This document shows positions 38,784 to 49,236 of a DNA stretch of 64,000 nt, piece by piece (the first letter of the stretch is position 1; each line of letters opens with the position of its first letter). The notes under the pieces are model-generated. The model ran no database searches and had not been told where the DNA came from. It worked only from the letters and a program-made list of their open reading frames with translations. The position numbers and the translations under genes are program-made. The stretch comes from an uncultured Candidatus Rokubacteria bacterium (GTDB lineage Bacteria; Methylomirabilota; Methylomirabilia; Rokubacteriales; CSP1-6): positions 160,001 through 224,000 of the forward strand of contig CAVWFS010000014.1 of the NCBI GenBank assembly GCA_963754315.1. The letters are read 5' to 3'.

Positions 38784-39715
38784 CAGGCGCGCCGCAGGTA
38801 GAGGGTCAGGGCCACGATCAGCAGGGCCAGCGCGGGAAGCATGGCCAGGGCCACCGCCGCCCCCATCCCGAGCACACCCGCCGACATCCCGATATCGAAG
38901 GCGTAGGTGGCGAACAGGTGGGTCGCGTTGGCGGGACCGCCGTGGGTCAGCACATAGATGAGCTGGAAGTCGGAAAACGTGAAGATGATGGAGAACATGG
39001 TCACGATGATGAGGACGGGCTTGATGACGGGGATGGTGATGTGGCAGAAGCGCTGCCAGAGGCTGGCTCCATCGATGGCGGCCGCCTCGTAGAGATCAGG
39101 GGGAATCGTCTGCAATCCGGCCAGAAGGGTGATGCCGTAGAAGGGCAACCCGCGCCAGGTGTTGACCATGATGATCGACACCATGGCCAAGGTCGCATTG
39201 CCGAGCCACGAGAAGTTCTGGGTGACCAGCCCCGTGTTGCGCAAGGTCCAGTTGATGACACTGAAGGTGGGATCGAGGATCCACATCCAGGCCACGCTGG
39301 AGAGCACGGTCGGCACGATGAATGGCAGCAGCAGGAAGGCGCGCGCCAGATTGCGGCCGCGGAAGTACTGATTCATGACGAGGGCCATGGCCAGGCCGCC
39401 GACCATCTTGAGGATGGTCGCCGCGATGGTGTAGATGAAGGTGTTCCGGGTGACCTGCCAGAACACGGCATCCTGCAGCTGGGTCACGAAGTTGGCCAGG
39501 CCCACGAAGGTCCCTGGGCTGGCCACACGCCGGTCCTGCAGACTCAGGAAGATCCCGTAGAAGAACGGATAGGCGACGAAGGCCAGCAGGAACAGGACCC
39601 CCGGCGCCAGCATCACCCAGCTGAAGACGCCTTCCCGCTCGAGGACGCGCCGCCGCGTTGTCGCTCGGCCCGCCAGCGGCGCGGGCCGGGCGACCGACGC
39701 GGGACCGACAGCCAT
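38783..39715 (-). CDS. Carbohydrate ABC transporter permease (MalF-like)
   Basis: FVGLANF, LAGLQTIPPDLYEAAAIDGAS, LTHGGP. Confidence 0.93.
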   Translation of the reverse strand: MAVGPASVARPAPLAGRATTRRRVLEREGVFSWVMLAPGVLFLLAFVAYPFFYGIFLSLQDRRVASPGTFVGLANFVTQLQDAVFWQVTRNTFIYTIAATILKMVGGLAMALVMNQYFRGRNLARAFLLLPFIVPTVLSSVAWMWILDPTFSVINWTLRNTGLVTQNFSWLGNATLAMVSIIMVNTWRGLPFYGITLLAGLQTIPPDLYEAAAIDGASLWQRFCHITIPVIKPVLIIVTMFSIIFTFSDFQLIYVLTHGGPANATHLFATYAFDIGMSAGVLGMGAAVALAMLPALALLIVALTLYLRRA

Positions 39716-39720
39716 GGGAC

Positions 39721-40992
39721 CTACTTCGCTTTGTAAATCTGCTTGAGCTGAGCGGCGGCGGTGGCGATGACGTCCTTGGTGGAATCGCCCCGGCATGCCT
39801 TGGCGAACATGTCGACGAGCACGTACTTGGCGACATTCTCCGACGCGGGCTGGCCGATCGGCCCTGGCCAGCAGTGTGGCCGGGACGTCTTGAGCGATTC
39901 CTTGTAGGGGAGGTAGCGCGGTTCGGCGTTCCACATCGGATGGTTGTCGTAGCCGTTCAGGAACGGCGCATAGTAGGCATCGGCCGAGACGAGCCAGCGC
40001 GACATCTGCTTGTCATCGTAGAGCCAGGTCAAGAACGCTTTGGCCGCCGCCTGGTCCGGGGCATGGACCATCACGGCATGGGACACCGCGTTCAAGACGT
40101 GGAAACGCCCCTTGGGCCCTTGCGGGTTGAGGGCATGATCGGTGACCTTGGCGATCTCGGGAAAGTCGCGCTTGCCTACCACGAGAATCGACGACGCATT
40201 GTTGGTGCACGAGATCTGCTCGCCGAAGAACGCCTTGTTGTTGTTCACGTCCGTCCAGCCCAGCACGTCCTCGAACATCGTCTCCTGGTAGAACTTGCGG
40301 CAGAAGTCGACGGCCTTGGCCGTCTCCGCCGAGTCGATGAGCACGGTCTTGCCGTCGTTGTCGACTTCCCGCGCGCCATACGACCAGAAGAGGGGGTACA
40401 GCCAGCCGTGGTTGTCGCCAAAGCCATGCCCGAGCTCGAAGCCGAAGGGGTGGCCCTTCTTCTTGAGGAGACGGCCGGCGGCGAGGAGATCTTCCCAGGT
40501 GTCGGGGAACTTGTTGACGCCGACTTCCTTGAACCAGTCGGTCCGGTAGACCTCGAGCTGGCCGATGTTGCCCCACGGCAGCGCCTTCCACTTCTTGTTC
40601 ACCACCACGACCTCAAGAACGTTCTCGTGCCATCCCCCCAGCTGCTTGCCAATGTTCCCCGCCACGTCGCTGACATCCACGAGGCTCTTGTCGAAGAGGT
40701 GCGGATGGTTGATGGCGGTCATCACGATCTCCGGGCCCGATTTCGTCTCGGCGATGGTGGTGAGCCGGGTGAGCATGCCGCCCACGCTGGTCGCCTCGTA
40801 CGTGATCTTGATCCCGGTATTCTTCTCGTACTCCGTGGCCAAGGTCTTCGCGAAATAGTCGTCGAATGGCTTGATGAACGAGCTCTCGCGGACGACGGTC
40901 ATGGACTTGGGCGCGGCGGCGGTCGGCCGGGGCAACATGGCGGCGCCGGCCACCGTGAGTGAACCGGCCAAGAATTCACGACGGGAGTTCAT
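39721..40992 (-). CDS. Sugar-type ABC substrate-binding protein with Tat signal
   Basis: MNSRREFL twin-arginine motif; YRTDWFKEVG..FPDTWEDL. Confidence 0.9.
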   Translation of the reverse strand: MNSRREFLAGSLTVAGAAMLPRPTAAAPKSMTVVRESSFIKPFDDYFAKTLATEYEKNTGIKITYEATSVGGMLTRLTTIAETKSGPEIVMTAINHPHLFDKSLVDVSDVAGNIGKQLGGWHENVLEVVVVNKKWKALPWGNIGQLEVYRTDWFKEVGVNKFPDTWEDLLAAGRLLKKKGHPFGFELGHGFGDNHGWLYPLFWSYGAREVDNDGKTVLIDSAETAKAVDFCRKFYQETMFEDVLGWTDVNNNKAFFGEQISCTNNASSILVVGKRDFPEIAKVTDHALNPQGPKGRFHVLNAVSHAVMVHAPDQAAAKAFLTWLYDDKQMSRWLVSADAYYAPFLNGYDNHPMWNAEPRYLPYKESLKTSRPHCWPGPIGQPASENVAKYVLVDMFAKACRGDSTKDVIATAAAQLKQIYKAK

Positions 40993-41175
40993 TGAGCCCT
41001 CCACCTCTCGAGGATTGACAGCCCGAGGTCGTGGCGATAATCACCCCCAGCCTGGGACGTGTCAAGTCCGCGCGGGCGGACCTCGCTCCGAGAGGGACAT
41101 CACCAGTGGACCGTGTTGACACTCCGTGCACCGGTGTTGTCTAGTGAGGCACCCGTGCCCAGAGGAGACTTCCGT

Positions 41176-42810
41176 ATGCGACAACTTCGCTGGTTCGTCG
41201 TCCTGGTGCTGATGGGACTGACCTCGGCCGAGGTGGTCGCGGCCCAGCCCGCGATGGTGGATGGCGTTGCCATCGATTCCGACGCCGAGCTTGTGGTGGC
41301 CCTCGCCGACGACACCAACAACATGGATCCCCGCATCGGCATGGGCTCCATCCGGTCGAACTACATTCGTCAGGTGTTCGAGAGTCTCGTCGATGTCGAC
41401 CAGCAGGGCAAGCCGGTGCCCGGCCTCGCGCTCGCGTGGAAGCCGATCGGCGAGCTGACCTGGGAATTCACGTTACGCAAGGGGGTGACCTTCCACAACG
41501 GCGAGTCCTTCGACGCCGACACCGTCCTCTTCAACCTCGACCGGTGGTTCCGGCGCAACCTCGACAAGCACGGCATCAAGGACGTCGCCGCCGGCACCCA
41601 GTTCGACAAGACCTACCCGTTCGTGGCGCGCTGGGAGAAGGTGGACGACCACACCGTCCGCATTCACACCAGCGAACCGTCGCCCACCCTGTGGGACTTT
41701 CTTGGCCGCGAGCCGATGGTGCCGAAGTCGTACACGATCAAACAAGGGGTGGAGGCCCTCAACGACAAGCCGATTGGCACCGGTCCGTGGAAGATGGTCG
41801 AGTGGAAACGCAAGACCCATATGCTTTTCGAGCGCCACGACACCTACTGGGGAACGCCGCCCCTCTACAAACGGATGCGCTTTCAGGTCATCCCCGAGGC
41901 GGCGGCCCGCATCGCCGCTCTGCGCTCGGGGCAGGTCGGGCTGATCGAGGCGGTGCCCCCGCTCGACGCCAACGTGCTCGGCCAGGATCCGAAGCTCAAG
42001 GTGGTCTCCAGCGTCCAGAAGCTCTACTGCCGGCTCTACCTGAACGCGCGCCCCAAGGACAAGTACGACTCCGGCGGCAAGGACGGGCTCTTCGGCGATC
42101 CACGCGTGCGCCTCGCCCTGAACCACGCCATCAACCGTGAGGCGATCATCCGCAAGATCTTCAACGGCTACGCCCTCGCCAACGCCTCTCCGGTGGCCAC
42201 CGTGTCCTATGGCTACGCGCCCCAGGAGCCGTATGCCTACGACCCGAAGAAGGCGAAGGCCATGCTGGCCGAGGCCGGCTGGAAGGAGACTCCGGCTGGG
42301 TGGACGGACACCAAGGGAGAGGTGTTGAGCCTGCAGCTCTTCTTTCCGGCCAAGCACTACGGTCAGGCCTTCGACGAGATGACGCCAGCCGTGGTCGAGA
42401 TGCTCAAGGAAGTGGGGATACCCGTTACCGTCAGGTCGGTGGACTTCGGCACTCTGCTGCAGACGGTCACCAAAGGCACCCTCCCTCCCAATGGCGGTTT
42501 CACCGCCTGCCGCACGAGCAACAACCTCGACGCAGACGACTACGTACGCGATTGGGCAGCCACGACCCTCGTCAACTGGGCACCCTATCCGGCGGATCTG
42601 ATGGCGCTCTACACGGCCACCCGCAAGGAGGTCGATCCGCGCAAGCGTCTACAACTGCTGGCGGACCTCCAGCGCCAGGTGCGCAACTGGGCTCCGGTGG
42701 TATCGCTCTACCAGGAGGTCAAGGTCTACGCTCACAGCGCGCGGGTGCTCCGCTTCGCACCGATCCCCGAACTGAACATGGACTTCCGCGGGGTCGCGCT
42801 CCGGAAGTGA
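41176..42810 (+). CDS. Family 5 (peptide/nickel) ABC substrate-binding protein
   Basis: PGLALAW...WEFTLRKGVTFHNGE.FDADTV, PIGTGPW, DPRVRLALNHAINR, YDPKKAKAMLAEAGW. Confidence 0.92.
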   Translation: MRQLRWFVVLVLMGLTSAEVVAAQPAMVDGVAIDSDAELVVALADDTNNMDPRIGMGSIRSNYIRQVFESLVDVDQQGKPVPGLALAWKPIGELTWEFTLRKGVTFHNGESFDADTVLFNLDRWFRRNLDKHGIKDVAAGTQFDKTYPFVARWEKVDDHTVRIHTSEPSPTLWDFLGREPMVPKSYTIKQGVEALNDKPIGTGPWKMVEWKRKTHMLFERHDTYWGTPPLYKRMRFQVIPEAAARIAALRSGQVGLIEAVPPLDANVLGQDPKLKVVSSVQKLYCRLYLNARPKDKYDSGGKDGLFGDPRVRLALNHAINREAIIRKIFNGYALANASPVATVSYGYAPQEPYAYDPKKAKAMLAEAGWKETPAGWTDTKGEVLSLQLFFPAKHYGQAFDEMTPAVVEMLKEVGIPVTVRSVDFGTLLQTVTKGTLPPNGGFTACRTSNNLDADDYVRDWAATTLVNWAPYPADLMALYTATRKEVDPRKRLQLLADLQRQVRNWAPVVSLYQEVKVYAHSARVLRFAPIPELNMDFRGVALRK

Positions 42811-42887
42811 GACGGGTCAATGCGCATTGGGGCGCACGGAGGTCGCCGTGCGCCCCACGTCGCCTTCTGGCGACCGGCGGGTGAGCG

Positions 42888-43385
42888 CTAGGCGGCGTGC
42901 CTCGCCTGCATCGGATTCACGAGCAGCCGATCCTCGATCTGAATCTCCCGCCCCAGTCCGGCCGTCTCTCGGGACACGATCCGGATGGCGGTGTCCCGAA
43001 GCTCGGGGGACGAGACAGGACCGGCGATGTCGACCGTGATCGGGGACCGCTTGCGCAGAGGCGCATAGACGGTCGCAGTGATGGGGGAACGCGCGAGCGA
43101 CGGCTCCTGAAGCAGAGCATCGGAAAGCTTCGCTTGCAGCAGCATCGCCGAGTCTTCTTGGCGCCGCTTCATGTCGTAGAGCCGAATCGCCGTGATCAAA
43201 ACCGCCAGGAGTGCAGCGACGACGACGACAAGCAGGAGACCTCCGCCCCACGAGGCCGTTGCATCCGGCTGCGCGGGGGGCGGGCTCGGGGCCGTCGGCG
43301 CCTGAGCGAGGACCCACTCCGCTGCACCGGCGACGGTCGCGACAATCGCCGCTAGGGCAATCTTGGCATGCCGATTTCGCGTCAT
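42888..43385 (-). CDS. Membrane protein with BON-like C-terminal domain, copy A
   Basis: Signal-like N-terminus, TM helix, then LQAKLSDALLQEPSL...VDIAGPVSSPELRDTAIRIV...IEDRLLV; RBS GGAGGAGGT; paralog at 49237-49740. Confidence 0.75.
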   Translation of the reverse strand: MTRNRHAKIALAAIVATVAGAAEWVLAQAPTAPSPPPAQPDATASWGGGLLLVVVVAALLAVLITAIRLYDMKRRQEDSAMLLQAKLSDALLQEPSLARSPITATVYAPLRKRSPITVDIAGPVSSPELRDTAIRIVSRETAGLGREIQIEDRLLVNPMQARHAA

Positions 43386-43410
43386 GATCCACCTCCTCCG
43401 CCGACAAGCG

Positions 43411-43426
43411 AGCATCTGCTATGCCA
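43411..43426 (-). promoter_or_regulatory. Sigma-54 (-24/-12) promoter, copy A
   Basis: Minus strand TGGCATAGCAGATGCT = GG-N10-GC. Confidence 0.7.
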
Positions 43427-43507
43427 CCGAGGTCGAGCGACGCGCCCACGCCAAGTGTGCATGCCGATGTGGAAGAGCTTGCCATCGGCGTCTTCATCCG
43501 CCTGCCC

Positions 43508-43529
43508 TTTGACTTGTAAGGTCTTCATT
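43508..43529. promoter_or_regulatory. Conserved upstream motif, copy A (candidate activator site)
   Basis: tttgacttgtaaggtcttcatt; 21/22 identical to 49859-49880. Confidence 0.55.
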
Positions 43530-43620
43530 GGGACTCTGAAGATGCGTGAAAGCCTGCATCGTGCGCATGGGAAGATGCTAAACCCTCAGAGGATGCGCCT
43601 GCTCGCTAGGATGCGCATGG

Positions 43621-44454
43621 ATGGCCTGGAGACTTCAGCGCGAGATCATTCTGCTTCTCGCCTGGGGGCCCGCGATCCTGCTCCAGTTCGCTCATCCTCT
43701 CGTTGCCCAGGGGGTTGCCGACCACAGCGCGTTTCGCGGCGAACGTCATGGGCGATGGCGGCGCCTTCACCGCACGGTGAGCGCCATGCAGCAGCTGTGT
43801 TTCGGCGACGCGCGCACAGCCCTGGCCGCGGCGACGCGCATCAACGCGATCCACGATCGCGTTCACGGGCAGTTATCCCAGGGGGCCGGTATCTTCCCCG
43901 CCGGGACAACCTACTCGGCCCATGATCCGGCCCTGCTGACCTGGGTGCACGCGACCTTGCTCGACATGAATCTGCGCGCCTACGAACTCTTGGTGGCGCC
44001 GCTTTGCGACGCGGACAAGGACCAGTACTGCCTAGAGGCCAGCGCCATCGAGGGACACTTCGGCATTCCCGAGGGGCGTCTCCCACGCAGTGTCAGCGAG
44101 CTGCGGCGCTACATGGACGGGATGTTCGCGAGCGGGGAGATCACGGTGACGGATATCGCGCGGACCTTGGCGCGCGCCATCCTCTATCCGCAGGTGTTTC
44201 CCATAGCCGCGCCCGCCTTCAGCTTCATGCGTCTGACGACCATCGGGCTGCTGCCGCCCACGATCCGGGCCGAGTATGGCCTCCCCTGGGGCGCGCGCCG
44301 CGAGGCTCTGCTCCGCCGGTCGATGGCATTCGTCCGCACGCTGCTGCGCCTGACGCCGTCCGTGCTGCGCCACTGGCCGGCGGCGCGGGCCGCCGCACGG
44401 GCGGTGCACGGATCCGGTTGCCCGTTGCGCCCCCTCGCCGGCGGCCATTCCTGA
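43621..44454 (+). CDS. DUF2236 / oxygenase MpaB family protein
   Basis: AILLQFAHPLVAQGVADHS, INAIHDRVHG, YSAHDPALLTWVHATL. Confidence 0.88.
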   Translation: MAWRLQREIILLLAWGPAILLQFAHPLVAQGVADHSAFRGERHGRWRRLHRTVSAMQQLCFGDARTALAAATRINAIHDRVHGQLSQGAGIFPAGTTYSAHDPALLTWVHATLLDMNLRAYELLVAPLCDADKDQYCLEASAIEGHFGIPEGRLPRSVSELRRYMDGMFASGEITVTDIARTLARAILYPQVFPIAAPAFSFMRLTTIGLLPPTIRAEYGLPWGARREALLRRSMAFVRTLLRLTPSVLRHWPAARAAARAVHGSGCPLRPLAGGHS

Positions 44455-44482
44455 CCGCCGGTCGGCCACGCTCACCGGAACC

Positions 44483-45217
44483 GTGAGAGACCGTGAGCCG
44501 CCCGCCCCCCGTCCGTGGCCGCGGCCTTCGCGGCCGTGGATCATGGCGCAGTCCTGGCACGATCTTCTATTTGCGCACTGGCCCGTCGCGCCAGAGACCT
44601 TGCGCCGAAAGCTGCCGAGGGCGCTCGAGCTTGATACATTCCACGGAACGGCGTGGGTGGGCGTCGTCCCCTTCCGCATGAGCGGCGTGCGGCTGCGGGG
44701 CACCCCACCCCTCCCCTGGCTGTCGGCATTCCTCGAGCTCAATGTGCGGACGTATGTCACGTATGGGGAGAGACCCGGTGTGTGGTTCCTCTCGCTCGAC
44801 GCCGCGCGCTGGCTCGCGGTGGCCGTCGCGCGGGCGTGGTTTCGCCTACCGTATTACAGCGCGCGGATGTCGTGCTCACACGATGGGGAGGATGTCATCT
44901 ACGCGAGCCTCCGCACGCAAGCGGGAACGCCGAGAGCCGAGCTCGCCGCGCGCTACGGCCCGCGTGGCGACGTGCTCCCGGCTCGGCCGGGCACGCTCGA
45001 GCACTGGCTGACCGAGCGCTACGGCCTCTACGCGCTGTCTCGGCGCGGCGAGGTCATGTTCGCGGACATCGACCATCCGCCGTGGCCCCTTCAGCCGGCC
45101 GAGGCAATCTTCGGGAAGAACACCATGGCTCAGGCCCACGGGATCGAGCTGCCAACGAGCGCGCCCGTGCTGCACTTCGCGCGGCGCCAGGATGTTCTGG
45201 TCTGGGCACCTCAATGA
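44483..45217 (+). CDS. DUF2071 (YqjF) family protein
   Basis: MAQSWHDLLFAHWPV, AWVGVVPF, FLELNVRTYV, PGVWFLSLDA, WLTERY. Confidence 0.9.
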   Translation: MRDREPPAPRPWPRPSRPWIMAQSWHDLLFAHWPVAPETLRRKLPRALELDTFHGTAWVGVVPFRMSGVRLRGTPPLPWLSAFLELNVRTYVTYGERPGVWFLSLDAARWLAVAVARAWFRLPYYSARMSCSHDGEDVIYASLRTQAGTPRAELAARYGPRGDVLPARPGTLEHWLTERYGLYALSRRGEVMFADIDHPPWPLQPAEAIFGKNTMAQAHGIELPTSAPVLHFARRQDVLVWAPQ

Positions 45218-45404
45218 CCGCAGCCACGGCGCCGCTGAGGTGCCGCGCCTTGAACAAGGACAACGGTGGAGCGCTAAGCGCAGACCGACCGCAAATGAAC
45301 AGGCCTGGAGCTGGGCGTGTTGTGGGCAACGGCCCAGTCGGCGTCAAGCGCTTCGAGGGTGGCGGGGCGAGCACCGAGTCGAGTACGGATCGTCTTCGCG
45401 ATGC

Positions 45405-45728
45405 TTACTCGCGGGCCGGTCGCACGTCGAGGGAGTTGACGACGCGTCTGACGCCGCTCACGCCCTTGGCCACGGTCTCGGCGCGAACCTTCTCTTCAGT
45501 CGAGGGGACGGCGCCGGTGAGATACACCGTTCCGTCGCTGGAGACCACACCGAGCCGGGTCAGGTTCGCGTCATTCTGTGCCACCAGCCGGGCCTTGACC
45601 TCGGACTCGATACGAGCATCCGTGTAGGCATCACCGGCCGTTCGGCAACCGCAGGCGGTGAAGACCACGGCCAGACCGACCAAGGCCAGGCACCGTCGCC
45701 GCCCGCCTTCCCGAGCGGATACCCTCAT
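45405..45728 (-). CDS. BON-domain lipoprotein (OsmY-like)
   Basis: Lipobox-like FTAC; DARIESEVKARL...GTVYLTGAV...AKGVSGVRRVVNSL. Confidence 0.88.
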   Translation of the reverse strand: MRVSAREGGRRRCLALVGLAVVFTACGCRTAGDAYTDARIESEVKARLVAQNDANLTRLGVVSSDGTVYLTGAVPSTEEKVRAETVAKGVSGVRRVVNSLDVRPARE

Positions 45729-48700
45729 CGGCTGGCGTGGTCGCCCGTGATTCCGGCACCGAGCCGGCGCAGGCGCTCGAGCAGGTTGGGGGGTTTTGCA
45801 CCATCCGACTCGACGAGGTCGACCCGCACGCCGCCGCCCTCCGTCGCCGTTCGCTGTTCGAAGGTCTTGTTCTCAACCAGCCGCGCGGTATCGACCTTGG
45901 CCTGCTTGAGCTTCGCGCGGACGACCTCCATGCGCTTGGCGCCGAGGCCGGGTGCTGCATCAGTCGGCAGGGGCTCAGTCTCCATCAAGGCGGTCAGGAC
46001 CGCTTCTGCCGTTCCGGGTGGCTGGCGATTCGGGAAGCGTTGCGCGAAGAGACGCGCGGCCGCCTCTTCGGGTGAGATCTTGGCGGCGAGCGCCGCCCGG
46101 CCGAGGGCGGTCTCCAGCGCGTTGCGCGACAGACGCGCGAGGTCTCCGGAGGTGACAACCGGCGTGAAGGCCAGACGCACCTCGGGCACCTGCTCGAGGA
46201 ACCCTGCCAGCCGCATGGTGTGCGTCTCACCCGCTGGCGTGAGGGTGGCGGTACCGTCCTGGAAGAAAATCGGATCGATCTGGATCTTTTCAATGCGCGA
46301 ATCGGCGGTGTACTGGAGCCTGCCGATCCAACTCACGGGTGTGGTGATCGCGTTGATCGCCACCGTGCGGGCCGACTTCCAGATCGCCTCCCTGAAGTCG
46401 AAGCGCGGGTCGTTGAGGCGCCCGCTGACGGGGAATGACACGGTGATGTCGCCTTGATTGTTCTTCATCAGCGACACGATGAGGCCGAGCGGCAAACCGA
46501 TTCGCGTTTGAACCTGGTCATCGGGCCCGGCTCGCTCGACCGTGAGTCGCCGCAGGCGGATGTCGGAGCGGGCATCCAAGGCATCGCCGTGCACGCGGCC
46601 GCGGACAGTGGCCAGCAGGCGTCCTTCCCGGGCCTTCCAGGCCACCTGGCGCAGCAAGTAGGGGTTCGTGCGCGGAATGGCAAACTCTCGCACCTCTCCT
46701 TGGAGGTCGACGCGCAGCGGGCCCCCGATGGGCCCCACGGTTCCCTGCAGGGCAAAGGCCGCATCCGGAACCAGTTGTCCCGTCAGCTCGAGACGCGCGG
46801 ACTGGGCACCCGCGGTGGAGAGACCGTCCGCCTTCAAGGCGAGCCGATTGAGATCGACCGCGAATGGGGGCGCGACACTGCGGTCGACGACACGGGCGCC
46901 CCCATCCGTGACGGTGAGCTGCTGCACCACCACCGCCACCTTGTCGCCTTTCGTCTGGCGGGTGGCTTCCTGCAACCCCCTCGCCTGGTTGTTGCTCGGA
47001 AAACCGTTCGGCTGGCCGTTGGTGGTCGGCGAACCCGTCGTCAACGGCAGCAGAGCGCGCAGTGGCAGCGTGCCCCTCTCGTCCCGCTCGAGCAAGATCC
47101 AGGGTTGCTGCAGGGTCAGATCGCGGACCGAGACGCGGTGCGGCCACTGCACGTCGAGCCCCGTCGCCGTCGCGCGCTCGACCTGCATGACGGTCCGCTC
47201 CTTATCGCGAACGTCGAGCCGAAACAGCGCCGCCTGGCCACGAACGTCTATGCTTTCCTCAACGGCTCCAGGGAACTTCACAGCCACATCGAGGTCGGCT
47301 CGCCCACTGACGCGGGCCGCTGGCGGCAGGTAAGCCTCGAACGGTGCCAGTTCGCCGCCCTTCAACGCCAAGCGCACGTCGGCAGTGGGGGGGCTACCGA
47401 CGCCGACCTGCCCCACCACCCGAAGTTCACCGCCACGCGGCGGCCGCAGATCGACTTGTATGCCAAGAGGACCGCGCAGCGGCCAGCCCACACCCTTCAC
47501 CGTCGCGTTGATCCGCGAGAGGTCCAGCTGCGCGAGGGGTCGCACTGCCTCGTCGCGCCACGCGACAGCCCCCTCCTGGACGACAATCTCGCCGATCTCG
47601 ACCGCGACGGGAGGCACTCCCGGGGTGCTCGCACGATCCGTGGCCGGCGGGACCGGTGCGTGCACCGTCACTGGTGCCGGACGGGGCCGGTGCGCTCGTA
47701 CATCATCACCGATGCCGGACGGGGCCGCCGCGGAGACCGTCGGGCCATTCAAGAGCGCCCGAAGAGGCAAGCGACCCGCCCGATCTCGCTCAACCATCGC
47801 CAGGGGCCGATTGACAAGTACGCGTTTGATGACGACGCGCTTGGGCCATTGGACCTCCAGCCCACTCGCCTCGATGCGCTCAGCCCCGACCAGCTTCTGG
47901 CGCGCTTCGGCTACTCCGAGACCGTTGACCGCGATCGACCCGCGGATGCGAGACGGTATCCCCGCTGCGATCGGCTCGTTCACTCGCAGATCGGCCTCCG
48001 CGGTACCTGTGATGCGGGCCAACGGTGGCAGATACCGAGCCCACGGCGCCAGATCGAGCTTCGTCAAGCGGACGCGGAGATCGCTCGCCGCCGGCGCTGC
48101 CTGCAGCGTGCCGTCCACCACCAGGTGTCCACCACCGGGAACCCCTGTCCGTGCATCGATGCGCGCGGGCTCGCTAAGGGGCCACGTGAGATTGCCCACA
48201 TGCACGCGCAGGCCCGGAAAGTCAAAGCGCGGGGCCGGCGTCACCCGCGGATCGAATAGGGTAAGCGGGCCCGTAAGCTCGAACTGTCCCAGCCGCACAC
48301 CGTCACTGTGGAAGCTGACGCCAGCAAGCCGGACCGTCATCGCTGGCGCCAGCACCACTGGATGGGTCTGCCCCGGCTGCGTGAAGGCGACATCTGCGAA
48401 GCGTGCCACCGCATCGAGGCGGAGACCATCTCGCGCGTGCAGCACGACGTCAACCGATGTGTTGACGCGCCCTCGGTCGAGGACAACGGGAGCATCGGCG
48501 GGCAGATAGAGCCGGGCCAGGGCGAGGTCTGCTCCCTCGACCGCTACGGAGGCTTCGAGATCAATCGGGTATAGCCGAAGGCGCTTCACATTGACCGACA
48601 CCGGCGCCCCGCCCGTCACCGAGCTGGCCACTGCCGTCCCGTGCGTGTGCAGGGTCGAGACGTTGCGGGCCTCGATGGTGATGCGTTCGGAGGTCCATGT

Positions 48701-49171
48701 CCGCCCTCCTGGCAACGCCCGGTCCTCGAGGGTCACGGTGCCGCCCACCAGCGCGAAGCGATCGACGCTGACATCGGGCATCCTGTCCGCCGTCGTTGTC
48801 CCTGACCGTCGCACGAGATCGGACAGATTGAACTCGTTGCTCGACAGCCGCACGACGCGGACGGTGGGGTTCTGTAGCGTCAGTTCGCGAATCCAGACGT
48901 GGCCCCGCAGGAGCGCGCCACGGTTCACGCGGACATCGAGGACATCGGCGTCCGCGAAGGGCTGTTCCCCATCCCGTTCGGTCAGGCGTAACCCCCGGAC
49001 TATCAGCCGACCCTCTCGAACTGACAACGTGGCAGCGTCGAGGCTGACGTGCCGATTCGTGAGGGCCTGCACCTGCGCGATCACGACCCAGCGGACGATC
49101 ATCGGAAACATGAGCACGGCGGCGGCCGCTACCACTACGAGCAGGGTGAGAACGGAGACGAGTCGCTTCAT
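45725..49171 (-). CDS. DUF748-domain (AsmA-like) large envelope protein
   Basis: N-terminal TM anchor; repeated ELTLQNPTVRVVR..FNLSDL / GLEVQWP...VERDRAGRLPLRALL / GLDVQWP...LERDERGTLPLRALL; C-terminal LPLGLIVSLMKN.QGDI...PVSGRLNDPRF. Confidence 0.85.
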   Translation of the reverse strand: MKRLVSVLTLLVVVAAAAVLMFPMIVRWVVIAQVQALTNRHVSLDAATLSVREGRLIVRGLRLTERDGEQPFADADVLDVRVNRGALLRGHVWIRELTLQNPTVRVVRLSSNEFNLSDLVRRSGTTTADRMPDVSVDRFALVGGTVTLEDRALPGGRTWTSERITIEARNVSTLHTHGTAVASSVTGGAPVSVNVKRLRLYPIDLEASVAVEGADLALARLYLPADAPVVLDRGRVNTSVDVVLHARDGLRLDAVARFADVAFTQPGQTHPVVLAPAMTVRLAGVSFHSDGVRLGQFELTGPLTLFDPRVTPAPRFDFPGLRVHVGNLTWPLSEPARIDARTGVPGGGHLVVDGTLQAAPAASDLRVRLTKLDLAPWARYLPPLARITGTAEADLRVNEPIAAGIPSRIRGSIAVNGLGVAEARQKLVGAERIEASGLEVQWPKRVVIKRVLVNRPLAMVERDRAGRLPLRALLNGPTVSAAAPSGIGDDVRAHRPRPAPVTVHAPVPPATDRASTPGVPPVAVEIGEIVVQEGAVAWRDEAVRPLAQLDLSRINATVKGVGWPLRGPLGIQVDLRPPRGGELRVVGQVGVGSPPTADVRLALKGGELAPFEAYLPPAARVSGRADLDVAVKFPGAVEESIDVRGQAALFRLDVRDKERTVMQVERATATGLDVQWPHRVSVRDLTLQQPWILLERDERGTLPLRALLPLTTGSPTTNGQPNGFPSNNQARGLQEATRQTKGDKVAVVVQQLTVTDGGARVVDRSVAPPFAVDLNRLALKADGLSTAGAQSARLELTGQLVPDAAFALQGTVGPIGGPLRVDLQGEVREFAIPRTNPYLLRQVAWKAREGRLLATVRGRVHGDALDARSDIRLRRLTVERAGPDDQVQTRIGLPLGLIVSLMKNNQGDITVSFPVSGRLNDPRFDFREAIWKSARTVAINAITTPVSWIGRLQYTADSRIEKIQIDPIFFQDGTATLTPAGETHTMRLAGFLEQVPEVRLAFTPVVTSGDLARLSRNALETALGRAALAAKISPEEAAARLFAQRFPNRQPPGTAEAVLTALMETEPLPTDAAPGLGAKRMEVVRAKLKQAKVDTARLVENKTFEQRTATEGGGVRVDLVESDGAKPPNLLERLRRLGAGITGDHASR

Positions 49172-49236
49172 GGGCCGGGCCTCGTCATACCTTGCCGTCT
49201 AATCGCCCGGAGGACACCAGCTCCTACGTGTAACGC

